Notes: a model not told the origin generated them from the sequence alone. Shown: positions 41,449 through 50,894, numbered from the stretch's first letter. The stretch is 64,000 bases of DNA from Blastocatellia bacterium (GCA_963765495.1 CAVXWP010000009.1:96001-160000); one strand, 5' to 3'. Program-made: numbers and translations.

Positions 41449-41478
41449 AGTATAGACACAACCGCCAGGGTTTATCAA
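41449..41478 (-). promoter_or_regulatory. Sigma70-type promoter of the ClpP-like gene (implies a ~155-nt leader)
   Basis: Minus strand TTGATA-N18-TATACT. Confidence 0.55.
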
Positions 41479-41835
41479 TCCTTAATCCGAGAGCCGGGGG
41501 TTGAGAGGCTTCAGATTTGAGATGCCTCAGCCCCGAAAAAGGTTGAAAACGACCGGGCATTGACCAACAATCCTGCCTGTCAGTGAAGAGTTAATTGTTG
41601 CATTTTTACTGCATAGTAGATTGTTGCTTAAAGCTGTGATATTGTTAGTATGAAAGCCAGATGGGACGCAGAGTAGCAGCCCTCGCAACTCAAAAAGTTA
41701 TAGCAGGATAATGACCCTCTTAAGGTTAAGGTCTAAGGTGGCTTTTATCGTTACGGGCCTGGGCTTTTGCGATCTCTGTGGGCAGAAAGCGCGTCAGACG
41801 GGCACACACTCCATATATTAGGACGGGAACAGATT

Positions 41836-43650
41836 ATGATGATTGCAAGGTTCCGTACTTTGAACCCAATATCTCTTTTGATGATACTCATTCTCACCTG
41901 CTCGCTTGCATTTGCGGACCCAGCCGGTCAGAAATCGCGAAAGCGAACCACAAGCAAAGCGAAAGTCACATCGAAGAAGAGCTCTGCTCGAGTTTCAAAA
42001 TCCAAATCAAGCTCCCGTTCTTCCAAATCAACGACGGCGCGCAAGCGAGGGTCGAAAAAGAGCACTCGCGCGCAGGCAAAACGCGGAAGGCGAGGCCGAT
42101 GGCGAAGCCGAACCGCCGCCGCTCCTTCTTATCACCGCACCGGAATACACGATTATCTGACAGGCGTGTGGGCTAGCGCGCAGGCTACGCCTTCCGGCAA
42201 GGCTCAATCGGGACAGGAAGTGACAAACGTCTCCATGACTGGCGTACCGGTTCAGCCCAATCAGAGCGCCCCACTTACAAATCTTCAACAGGCTAACGCG
42301 ACAACCGACTCTCCTTCACAATCGGAAGACGCTACGACCGATCCGATACTGCTGAATCCGATACTTGCCGCCTATTCCGACAGCCTGGCCGTGCGCGGAT
42401 TCAACGCTGAGACTCAAGGGTTTATTGTCGAGACGATGGACGGACAGGTCCTTGCCGAATACAATGCCGACCGTCCGTTCAACCCTGCTTCGGTCACCAA
42501 GATAGCGACATCGCTGGCAGTAATCTCGAAGCTCGGACCCGATTTCAAGTTCCGCACATCGCTTTATACAGACGGCCTGCTGGACGCGGAAACCGGGACG
42601 CTTCACGGCTCGCTCTATGTGATAGGGAGCGGCGATCCCTCGTTCTTTTACGAAAACGCCATGTTGATTGCAGACAAACTCAATCGCAACGGCATACATA
42701 AGATCGAGGGAAACCTGGTAGTGCTGGGGCAATTTTACTTCAATTTCTCATCTTCTCGCGAATCGTCGGCACGCGCCTTTCGCGCTACTCTGGATTCCAA
42801 TGCCTGGACGAGCGGCGCAAAGGCCGCTTATGCCAGATTTCTTTCGATGCGCGCCGCCGAAGAACGACTGAACGCAGCGGCTAATAACACGCGGCCCGCA
42901 AACTGGCCGACCGCGCCTCCCTCGCTCGAAATCACGGGCGAAACCATCACGGACCCGGCCATAAACACTACCAACTTGAAATTGCTTGCCGTGCACACAT
43001 CGCTGCCGCTTGTGAATGTGCTCAAGGGGCTTAACGATTTCTCGAATAACTGGATGGCCGCGATAATCGGCAACATGGTAGGCGGCCCTACTGCGGTCGA
43101 AAGATTCCTGAAGACCGAATTGGGGCTCAAGGACGAAGAGTGCGGGCTTGTCTCATCCTCCGGGCTCGGCACGAATTATATCTCGCCGCGCGGGACCGTT
43201 CAGATGATACGCAAGCTGTCGGTTTATCTCCAAAAATACAACCTGGGTCTGGAAGACATCCTCCCGGTCGCGGGGATTGATAACGGCACTCTCAAGAGGC
43301 GGTTTACAGATGCCTATCGCGGTTCGGTTGTAGGAAAGACGGGGACACTTTCGGGAGTGAGCGCGCTGGCAGGCATAGCTCACACGCGGGCAAAGGGGCC
43401 TGTATTTTTTGTGATCTTCAATCGGGGCGGGGCGCCCGCCTCGTTCCGCGCCGCTCAGGATGAAACGATAAAGAAATTGATCACCCTGTTTGGAGGACCG
43501 GCTCCGATTCGCTACCAGCCTTTATCGGGTCCGTACGTTTCAAGACGCGGTACGGTCGAAACTCCAAAGGAGAGCGATCAGACGGCCACATCTTTGACCG
43601 ATAAAAAGTCTGAGACGGATGAGGACTCGACGGAAGGCAATCAGTACTAA
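41836..43650 (+). CDS. D-alanyl-D-alanine carboxypeptidase/endopeptidase (peptidase S13, PBP4-like)
   Basis: Signal peptide, Lys/Ser/Arg-rich linker, SxxK 'PASVTK', 'GSGDP', SxN 'FSNN', 'GKTGTL'. Confidence 0.92.
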   Translation: MMIARFRTLNPISLLMILILTCSLAFADPAGQKSRKRTTSKAKVTSKKSSARVSKSKSSSRSSKSTTARKRGSKKSTRAQAKRGRRGRWRSRTAAAPSYHRTGIHDYLTGVWASAQATPSGKAQSGQEVTNVSMTGVPVQPNQSAPLTNLQQANATTDSPSQSEDATTDPILLNPILAAYSDSLAVRGFNAETQGFIVETMDGQVLAEYNADRPFNPASVTKIATSLAVISKLGPDFKFRTSLYTDGLLDAETGTLHGSLYVIGSGDPSFFYENAMLIADKLNRNGIHKIEGNLVVLGQFYFNFSSSRESSARAFRATLDSNAWTSGAKAAYARFLSMRAAEERLNAAANNTRPANWPTAPPSLEITGETITDPAINTTNLKLLAVHTSLPLVNVLKGLNDFSNNWMAAIIGNMVGGPTAVERFLKTELGLKDEECGLVSSSGLGTNYISPRGTVQMIRKLSVYLQKYNLGLEDILPVAGIDNGTLKRRFTDAYRGSVVGKTGTLSGVSALAGIAHTRAKGPVFFVIFNRGGAPASFRAAQDETIKKLITLFGGPAPIRYQPLSGPYVSRRGTVETPKESDQTATSLTDKKSETDEDSTEGNQY

Positions 43651-43725
43651 AGCAGATACGGATTGGAGACCGGCCACAAGTCATCACCAATCATAAATCT
43701 GTGATGACTTGTGGCTGCCTTGTAT

Positions 43726-43935
43726 ATGAAAGCAAAGCTCGATATATCAAAGGCGCACAGATGGCTGATCGTCTGGAGCGCCTTTCTAATAATTCTCGCC
43801 TGGATACTATCTCGAATCCATATGCAGGAAAGAATCACGCTTCTGACGGGAGCGATTGAAGTGGTGCTGGCTATTGCTACGGGGATCGCCTTTGGAATCC
43901 TCTCTGCCCGGCGTGACGAACGATCAGATACTTGA
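43726..43935 (+). CDS. Small two-TM membrane hypothetical protein
   Basis: Two hydrophobic segments in a 69-aa ORF, co-directional with its neighbours. Confidence 0.5.
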   Translation: MKAKLDISKAHRWLIVWSAFLIILAWILSRIHMQERITLLTGAIEVVLAIATGIAFGILSARRDERSDT

Positions 43936-44133
43936 AGCATTATTCGCCTTCCTCTTTTCCCAAACGCTTTTTCCGAGGCTTGCTTTTTAAGAGTTGTCAA
44001 AAGATAATTCCGGGCAAATAATGGGCCGGACAACCGAGAGGTCATGTGCAAAGGTAGCGGCGCGTCTGGTGTTTCGCGAAAGGCCTCCGGCACGGGTTTC
44101 AATTTAGTGATAGCACTGTTCGGTATAAATATT

Positions 44134-44613
44134 ATGTCAGGCATCTGGTACATCTGGTTGATACTCGGCGCACTGTTTATCGTGGCCGAAATATTCACAA
44201 GCGGCTTTGTGCTTTTATGGTTTGGCGTAGGGGCGATTGTGGCGGCGATGCTTGCGCTGACCGGGCTATTCGGACTGCCCCTTCAGATAGTCGTATTCCT
44301 TGCCGTTTCAATCGCTTTGACCATAGCGAGCCGGACCATTTTCGAAAAGGTATTTATGCGCAGTTCGCCGGGGCGAGAACTCAAGACAGGCATGGATTCG
44401 CTGCCCGGTCAGCTTGGACTTGTAGTCTCTTCGTCGCTCGGTCCCTCGCGTGAAGGCGCGGTCCGTGTGTTCGGGTCAACCTGGCGGGCTTTCCCTGCCG
44501 AAGGAGAAGATCCTTTGACCGAAGGTGAGCAGGTGCGAGTAGACAGGATCGAAGGTGCATCCATCTACGTCAGACGAGTTGATCACGAACCGTCGTGGCG
44601 GCAGTTGAAATAG
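44134..44613 (+). CDS. NfeD family protein
   Basis: 'IWLILGALFIVAEI', C-terminal OB-fold 'GAVRVFGSTWRA...VDRIEG'; directly upstream of an SPFH gene. Confidence 0.92.
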   Translation: MSGIWYIWLILGALFIVAEIFTSGFVLLWFGVGAIVAAMLALTGLFGLPLQIVVFLAVSIALTIASRTIFEKVFMRSSPGRELKTGMDSLPGQLGLVVSSSLGPSREGAVRVFGSTWRAFPAEGEDPLTEGEQVRVDRIEGASIYVRRVDHEPSWRQLK

Positions 44614-44614
44614 G

Positions 44615-44730
44615 GATACGCGATGCGTGATCCGTGATCCGTGATCGTTATGATTAAGAGTAGTAGTAACCTTATATCCTGAATCACGTATCACGAATCA
44701 CGTATCACCTATCATCTATCACGTATCACA
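44615..44730. repeat. Heptamer-armed inverted repeat (CGTGATC / TATCACG family) inside the nfeD-SPFH operon
   Basis: CGTGATC x3 ... AATCACG-TATCACG-AATCACG-TATCACC. Confidence 0.88.
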
Positions 44731-44746
44731 AAAAGGAGCATTGAAA

Positions 44747-45772
44747 ATGGATCAATTCGCATTATTGGTTCTGGCAGTCATAGCCCTGGTCGTGCTGATC
44801 ACGGCGGTGAAATCTTTTCGCGTAGTGGGTCAGGCATCCGTATTGATCATCGAGCGGCTGGGCAAGTTTCACAAGATGGCGACCAGCGGCCTCAATATCA
44901 TCCTGCCGTTTGTAGATAAGCCGAGGTCCGTTTACTGGAGCGGAACAAGGATGGGCCAGTCAACTCTGGATTTGCGCGAACAGTTGCTCGATTTCCCGCC
45001 TCAACCCGTCATCACTCGCGATAACGTTACAGTAGGCATTGACTCGGTTCTCTATTATCAGATCACCGATCCGATAAAGGCCGTTTACGAGGTGGCGGAC
45101 CTTACGGGGTCGATCATGCAATTGACGATAACCTCGATGCGTTCGATCATCGGCGACCTCGACCTCGATCATACATTCACATCGCGAGACATCATCAACA
45201 GCAAACTCCGCACGGTGCTTGATGAGGCAACCGACAGGTGGGGGGTAAAGGTCACTCGCGTCGAGATACGCAACATACATCCGCCCGAAGACGTGCGGGT
45301 GACGATGGAAAAACAGATGACCGCCGAACGAACCCGGCGCGCGCTCATCCTCCAGGCCGACGGCGAAAAGCTAGCCGCTATCGCCCGCGCCGAGGGTGAG
45401 AAGCAGGCCGCCATAGCCCGCGCCGAGGGTGAGAAGGAATCATCCATCCTGCGAGCGGAAGGACACGCTCAGGCGCGTCTGCGTTCGGCCCAGGCCGAAG
45501 GCCAGGCCATTCGCCAGATCGCCGATTCCATAATCGCGGGGCAGGGTAACCCGGCCCAGTACCTGCTTGTGCAACGCTACATAGATTCACTCAGCCAGAT
45601 GGCCGCAAGCAACAACTCGAAAGTCATCTTCATGCCGGTAGAGACGAGCGCCGTGCTTTCATCCGTTGGAGCATTGAAAGAAGTATTCGGCGAGACGGGT
45701 GCTGCCTCCGGCGAGAGGCGGGACTCAAGAGATCCTACCACACTGCCGCTTGGCCATTATCCGGGCAGGTGA
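44747..45772 (+). CDS. SPFH/stomatin-like (paraslipin) membrane protein
   Basis: 'IERLGKF', 'PQPVITRDNV', 'WGVKVTRVEI', 'MEKQMTAER', 'AEGEKQAAI'. Confidence 0.95.
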   Translation: MDQFALLVLAVIALVVLITAVKSFRVVGQASVLIIERLGKFHKMATSGLNIILPFVDKPRSVYWSGTRMGQSTLDLREQLLDFPPQPVITRDNVTVGIDSVLYYQITDPIKAVYEVADLTGSIMQLTITSMRSIIGDLDLDHTFTSRDIINSKLRTVLDEATDRWGVKVTRVEIRNIHPPEDVRVTMEKQMTAERTRRALILQADGEKLAAIARAEGEKQAAIARAEGEKESSILRAEGHAQARLRSAQAEGQAIRQIADSIIAGQGNPAQYLLVQRYIDSLSQMAASNNSKVIFMPVETSAVLSSVGALKEVFGETGAASGERRDSRDPTTLPLGHYPGR

Positions 45773-45805
45773 GCGATACAAGAAGGTGGTTGATACAAGT
45801 ATCGG

Positions 45806-45848
45806 GACTGTTGCAAAGCCCTGGCGATGGCGCTGCTTTGCAACAGTC
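45806..45848. terminator. Perfect 14-bp hairpin between convergent genes
   Basis: GACTGTTGCAAAGC ... GCTTTGCAACAGTC followed by a T-rich tract. Confidence 0.6.
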
Positions 45849-45853
45849 TTTCT

Positions 45854-46228
45854 TTATTCTTCATCCGCCGTAAAAGCAGTTCCTTCTTCGCTTTCGAAAT
45901 AGGCTCTGTACAAAGCGCGGGCAAATTCGATTTGCCGACTGTCAACCAGAAGTCGAAGCTCGCCGCCAAATGCCAGATGCGGCAGCAGGGAAAGCGAATG
46001 ACCTCCCTGTATCGCCACGGCCACTCCATTTTGTTCGAGCATCTGTTTGATCAGCATCGCAACCGGATAGATGGATGGACGGCACAACTCCACAAAATCT
46101 AAGGGTCGGCTCTCGTCTCGAAGCGCCTCGTCCTTGAGCGTGCTCGACACAAGTCCACAGCCACAACTCGGACACAAATCCAGGAGCGACTGGAATTCTC
46201 CTGCACAGATTGGACACAGCATCAACAT
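45854..46228 (-). CDS. Zinc-ribbon + DUF2007-like (putative signal-transducing) protein
   Basis: 'CPICAGEF..LCPSCGC', 'AMLIKQMLEQNGV', 'ELRLLVD..EFARAL'. Confidence 0.75.
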   Translation of the reverse strand: MLMLCPICAGEFQSLLDLCPSCGCGLVSSTLKDEALRDESRPLDFVELCRPSIYPVAMLIKQMLEQNGVAVAIQGGHSLSLLPHLAFGGELRLLVDSRQIEFARALYRAYFESEEGTAFTADEE

Positions 46229-46276
46229 AGATATGGAATTTATCTCAGTTGTTAGAGTCGAGTCTACCCGCATTGG

Positions 46277-46396
46277 TCAGGCCGGGCCGGGAACGGGGCT
46301 GTCTGTGCCGGGGACAGGCTCGTCCGGCATCGGCAGAGGCTCGTCCGGGTGCGGGTGCGGATGCGGCTCAGGTTTCGGGTCTCGGGGTCTGCTCAT
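46277..46396 (-). CDS. 39-aa Pro-rich small protein (MSRPRDPKPEPHPHPHPDEPLPMPDEPVPGTDSPVPGPA)
   Basis: ATG with an AAAGGA RBS; below the ORF-track length cutoff; co-directional with the flanking genes. Confidence 0.55.
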   Translation of the reverse strand: MSRPRDPKPEPHPHPHPDEPLPMPDEPVPGTDSPVPGPA

Positions 46397-46480
46397 ATAG
46401 GGTTTCCTTTACCAGATTTAATCGCTCGTAATTTAGCGAGAGATGACGAAAAAGGGATCTGTTCAGCAAGGGAGAAAAAT

Positions 46481-46548
46481 CGCCGCCGCAGACACTGAAA
46501 CACAGAGTTTTTATAATTTTTTCTCTGTGGCTGCGGTGACTGCGTGGC
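46481..46548. repeat. CACAGAG/CTCTGTG-type inverted-repeat element
   Basis: GCCGCAGACAC..CACAGAG ... CTCTGTGGCTGCGGTGACTGCGTGGC. Confidence 0.65.
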
Positions 46549-49127
46549 TACTGCCCCCGTGTATCTTCTCCCCCGGGCTGGTCGAGCCGACGTGACCTGG
46601 CCGAGCCGTATTCTATCAGCCAGTCAATGTCATTCTTCATGCGCCGAGCCCAGGTATAAATATTACGCACGGCTTCCGTCTGATCGGATGACAGTTTGCC
46701 GTAAGTGCCTTGCTCAAGGAGTTCAGAAATGCCAAGCACGGATTGAAGCGAAGATTCGAGTTCGCGCCCGGCATTCACTATAAATTCGCTCTTGAGCCGA
46801 TTGATCTCAAGCAATTGTTGAGCGGAGCGCCGGACGCGAGCCTCGTCTTCCATCAACCGATTGCGCTCGGCCTCCCAGCCTTCGGGTTCGCTACGGGTCG
46901 CTGCTATATGGCCTACATCGCTTATCATCACAAGGTAATTGCCGGTCTCACCCCGGCTATTGCGCATAGGCGAAACCGAGACGCTTACTGGCACCCCTTC
47001 CGATTGATCGGCAGACGAATCAGCCTCTGCGCCCTGATTTGTATGGCTACTCAACCGTCCCTCGAAATGAGCCGGGTTCCGGGAGGAGATTACGCGGTGC
47101 CACAGCGAGGCATCCTGCATGGCAAGCGATTCTATAGCCCCGGCAGGCTGACCGAGATGTCTGCCCTGAAGGCCGAGCCAGTCATGGGCCACAGAGTTGA
47201 AAAAGTTCAAACGCCCTTCCCTGTCAAATCCTATCAATGCGTTCGGCAGCGCGTTTATGACTCCCTGCGCTCGCTCGCTCGATTCCCCGGCACGCCGCGC
47301 CTGTTCGCGTCCTGCCTCAAGCGCCCTGACGCCCGCAAGCGACAGGGACAACTGGCGAGAAACCCTGTCGGCAAACTCTACCTCTTCGAGTTGCCACTGC
47401 CTTTTGCGGTCACACTGGTGCAAATAAACGATGGCCTGTATCTCTCCATCCTGTCTTATTGGCACTGCCATCTCAGAACGAACCTGTAGCGTTTCCACCA
47501 CATCGTTTTCCATCAACGAACGCACCTCGGAATCATTGATGGCAAGAGGCTCGCTGCCCGCAACGGCCGAGGAGAGGCGGCGGCTCATCTCCTGATTGAA
47601 AACGATACCGGAAGCGGGTTTCACATCGTGGGCGAGGTATTCGTGTTTGACGGGCGCGGGTCGTCGCCCCTCATCAAACTCGACCACTATTGCCCGCGAG
47701 ACTCCGAGAGCATGACCCAGTACCTCGACAGCCGCCTCCATCACCTCGTCAGGCGTTTGCAGTTGCTGCATTGCCTCAGACACCCCGAGATAGGCGCTCT
47801 CGACCCTGAGCTTACTTCCCTGTGCATCGGTCACCTTCAGCAACTCTGCGATCACGGATGCCGCCCGTTCGAGCGCGGCCAAATCGTCCCGGGTCCAGGA
47901 ACGATTTTTGGTCGTGTGGGCCTCGACTACACCCAGAGTGTGCCCCTCGGCGATGATCGGCACTCCCAGATAAGAGGTGATGCCGCTCTCTTTCGCTTCG
48001 CGCGGAAAGAGGCATCGAGGATCAGAGGGCGCATCATCAAGCGCGAGCGGCTGCCCCGATTCGGCTATACTGCCCGCGAGCCCCTGCCCTCTTGGCAAGG
48101 GCAGGAATTCCGACGAGCGAAGACCGTATGCAGCAGCCATCTTGAGCATTGACTCCTCGTCTTCGACCCTCCACAAAGCCGCGCTGTCGGCGCCTACAAG
48201 CGCCGACACCTCACGCATTACCGCCTGGAGCGGAGCGTGATCATTGAGAGCCGAGATCACCGATTGATCAAAACTGTTTACACGCGAAAGGCGCTCATCT
48301 ATAGAATCGAGCGCGTTGGTCTCGCCTGAAAGTTCAAGGGCAACGGCCAGCTTATTACCCAGTCGGGCAATTGCATCACCGTAGCTGCCCAGCGATTCTA
48401 CCCCTAGGCTCTCTCTTGCCCGGGCAACTATCAACCCGGACCAGTTGAAAGACCCGCGCCACGGCCATACCACTATATTGCCAAACTCGCGTACATCCGG
48501 GAGCGCGGGCTCGACCTTTTTCAGGGTCGCCTCTGGAGGCTCGCCGCCTTCCGTAGTCTGGTTTACGGCCTGATCCGATATCTGATCTGGAGGGGTCTCG
48601 GCAATGTCGGGAAGGGGTCCGGTGTCGGGGACTCTCTCAAATGCATCAGGCCCGACCAGCAATCCCAATCCCGTCATCACTCTGGGATGAACAAATTCCT
48701 GCATTACCGAAGCGGGCAACGAATTCGGCATACTCGACGCGCCAAAGCCCTGCTGCCCCTCTTCGGAGACTTGAGCGCCGCTCAGCAAGTTTGTGAGTTT
48801 GTCCCCATCATCGCGGCCCGCGTATATCGCAAGGGTTGTCATGAAGAGATAATCACGCAAGAGAGCTTCAATATCATCGGCCACTTTTGACGGGTCCTTG
48901 AGATGTGGCGTATGATCGGCTGCGACGGCAAACTGTTGCTCTCGCTCCATTGCGACAAGCCGCCCGCGAATATCGGCCTCGCGCTTATTTCGATTCCTGC
49001 TAAACAACCAGAGTAAGAACAGAAGGATCAGAATCAGCACAACTCCGCCGGCGGCCGCTGCAATCCAAAAGACCGTCTGCTGGAGCCCCATAATCTGAAA
49101 AGTTGGATAGATCAGTTCGTGCAGCAT
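46548..49127 (-). CDS. Membrane-anchored multi-GAF/PAS sensor with a degenerate HisKA-like C-terminus
   Basis: N-terminal TM; GAF motifs 'GQGLAGSIAESGQP..SYLGVPI' and 'LHQCDRKRQW..EEVEF'; PAS 'NFFNSVA'; C-terminal 'NRLKSEFIVNAGRELESSL'. Confidence 0.85.
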   Translation of the reverse strand: MLHELIYPTFQIMGLQQTVFWIAAAAGGVVLILILLFLLWLFSRNRNKREADIRGRLVAMEREQQFAVAADHTPHLKDPSKVADDIEALLRDYLFMTTLAIYAGRDDGDKLTNLLSGAQVSEEGQQGFGASSMPNSLPASVMQEFVHPRVMTGLGLLVGPDAFERVPDTGPLPDIAETPPDQISDQAVNQTTEGGEPPEATLKKVEPALPDVREFGNIVVWPWRGSFNWSGLIVARARESLGVESLGSYGDAIARLGNKLAVALELSGETNALDSIDERLSRVNSFDQSVISALNDHAPLQAVMREVSALVGADSAALWRVEDEESMLKMAAAYGLRSSEFLPLPRGQGLAGSIAESGQPLALDDAPSDPRCLFPREAKESGITSYLGVPIIAEGHTLGVVEAHTTKNRSWTRDDLAALERAASVIAELLKVTDAQGSKLRVESAYLGVSEAMQQLQTPDEVMEAAVEVLGHALGVSRAIVVEFDEGRRPAPVKHEYLAHDVKPASGIVFNQEMSRRLSSAVAGSEPLAINDSEVRSLMENDVVETLQVRSEMAVPIRQDGEIQAIVYLHQCDRKRQWQLEEVEFADRVSRQLSLSLAGVRALEAGREQARRAGESSERAQGVINALPNALIGFDREGRLNFFNSVAHDWLGLQGRHLGQPAGAIESLAMQDASLWHRVISSRNPAHFEGRLSSHTNQGAEADSSADQSEGVPVSVSVSPMRNSRGETGNYLVMISDVGHIAATRSEPEGWEAERNRLMEDEARVRRSAQQLLEINRLKSEFIVNAGRELESSLQSVLGISELLEQGTYGKLSSDQTEAVRNIYTWARRMKNDIDWLIEYGSARSRRLDQPGGEDTRGQ

Positions 49128-49210
49128 GGTTTCCCCTCTTTACTTGGACAGACTGAATATCAGTCTAACTCGATTACTTTCCTGCTCTGCACGCGGAGGC
49201 TGGCAGCATA

Positions 49211-49226
49211 AGCAAATTTTTTGCCT
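49211..49226 (-). promoter_or_regulatory. Putative sigma54 (-24/-12) promoter for the GAF sensor gene
   Basis: Minus strand AGGCAAAAAATTTGCT = GG-N10-GC with TTGC, about 85 bp upstream of the ATG. Confidence 0.45.
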
Positions 49227-49634
49227 TGAAGGCGCGCGAAAAGTCTAGTCGCAAAGGCGACGTAAACGCAACGCAAATATTACGCTGACACGTGTTATTT
49301 TCCGCATCCGCGCCTGATCCTCTTCCCTCCCGGGCTGTTTTAAAATAGCCCGGGCGCGGGCATAAATGATTAATATTTGAGAGTTTTGTGATACAATGCG
49401 CGGGTCACACGGCCTCATTTATCCTGAGCCGTCACAGTTGCCCGGGTGTCAAATTATAGCTGTTTTAATCTTGTCGCAACCCTAAGAAGCAGTGAGTATG
49501 ATCGAATCTCATGCTTAAAGGAAAAGTGCGAGACCCATAAATCGCGCAATCTGCCGCCGTGACAGTTGCTAAACGTAATCGTGATGATCTGTTTTTCGCG
49601 TTGAGAGGGCGAGAGCAGAGCCGGAAAAGCAACT

Positions 49635-50687
49635 ATGCAGACAGCCGCACACACAGGCAAATTTCTCATGGGTGAATACTCCCAGGCGGAGGTTGCCGGT
49701 CTGGAAAATCCGGGCCTCCGGGGTGAACTGCCTCGTTACGCCTTCCTGAAACGGCTGGCTCACTCCGCCGGTTCGCGTCAGTTCTTTGTCGAAATAGCCG
49801 ATAAATTCACCCGCCTCGCCGAATCGGCCTACAACCGACGCGATATAAATATGCTTGGGGAGGTGAGCCGGGTTTTGATGAACCTGCCTCTTGAGGCCGC
49901 GCGGCAGACAGGTCTGTTTTATCACTCTCTCGTCATCAAGCGAAGCGGACGCGAGGATGAGGCACTATCTCTGCTCGAAAGGGTGGCCGATAACGGACCA
50001 CCCGTTTACCGCGCACGAGCTATTCAATCGCTCGGCGTATTTTTTTACAAAAAAAAGAAAGATGCGCGTGAAGCGATCAGATTTCACATCGAAGCCTTAA
50101 AGGCAGCAAGAACCCGTCAGGGGACCGATTTGCTGACTGCCTTGATGGCGCACATGAATGTTTCGATGTACAGAGGTCTGGAAGGCGATCATCAAAGCGC
50201 GTTGGATTATCTGGAAAACCTCTGGCCGCTCGTGCGGCTCGTGATAAGACAACACCCTCTATTCTTCTATAATTTCCACAATGAACTCGCGGTTGAATAC
50301 AACCATCTCGGACGTTTCGCCGAGGCCGAGGCAGCCTGTAAAATCGCCCTTAAGTGTCCATACGCCTCGGCTTATCCCGAATGGATTGAAACCCGCCAGG
50401 AAATCGCCGCGAAAAAGGAGGCGTCGCTTACCCATCTGCCCGGCTCCGGTCGCGCGGCTGAAATCGCTTTCACGCCTCAACCCGAACCGGAACCGGAATC
50501 ATCTCCGGCCTGCGCGGTCAAGCCTGGTCGATTCGTTGTCCTGATCGAATTTCTTTATACATCAACCCGCGCGCGGTCGAGCGGCACCGTAACCATTTCG
50601 AATGCGATGTCTGGACCGATACTCGACCGGGTACGAACATTGGCTCGACCGCGCGCCCCACCTTCAAATTCTTCGATGAACCTCTGA
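49635..50687 (+). CDS. TPR-like helical-repeat hypothetical protein with a C-terminal RAPP motif
   Basis: TPR-like helices 'GREDEALSLLE', 'RAIQSLG', 'GDHQSALDYLE', 'ELAVEYNHLGRFAEAEAAC'; Pro/Glu linker; terminal 'ARPRAPP'. Confidence 0.8.
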   Translation: MQTAAHTGKFLMGEYSQAEVAGLENPGLRGELPRYAFLKRLAHSAGSRQFFVEIADKFTRLAESAYNRRDINMLGEVSRVLMNLPLEAARQTGLFYHSLVIKRSGREDEALSLLERVADNGPPVYRARAIQSLGVFFYKKKKDAREAIRFHIEALKAARTRQGTDLLTALMAHMNVSMYRGLEGDHQSALDYLENLWPLVRLVIRQHPLFFYNFHNELAVEYNHLGRFAEAEAACKIALKCPYASAYPEWIETRQEIAAKKEASLTHLPGSGRAAEIAFTPQPEPEPESSPACAVKPGRFVVLIEFLYTSTRARSSGTVTISNAMSGPILDRVRTLARPRAPPSNSSMNL

Positions 50688-50894
50688 ATCTCTAAAACAT
50701 ATGTCTGCGAGACGGACCGGGGTATTGTGTATCGGTCTGTCTTGCCTAGCTGCGCATGCGCGCGCTCTTGTGGATTGGCTCCCCCGGAGCTATTTCCGTA
50801 TGAGTGCAATGGTAGGGTTGTCCCTTTCGAGCCCCCGATCTGTTGCACACGAGCGGAATGCGATCCAGGCGCGCACCTGTGTCGGAGTGTGGCT

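Noticed and set aside
43647-44198. 183-aa minus-strand ORF and the many other antisense ORFs in the track
   Set aside because: They are shadow ORFs opposite well-supported genes in a GC-rich genome, with no recognisable motifs.
49248-49261. GTCGCAAAGGCGAC hairpin as part of a c-di-GMP-I riboswitch
   Set aside because: Only a single short stem is visible; I could not identify the second stem or the other conserved elements.
50727-50894. Cys-rich N-terminal extension of the orphan ORF as a RiPP/metal-binding domain
   Set aside because: No RBS at the GTG, the segment is hairpin-rich and reads as non-coding, and ATG 50895 has a GGAG RBS.
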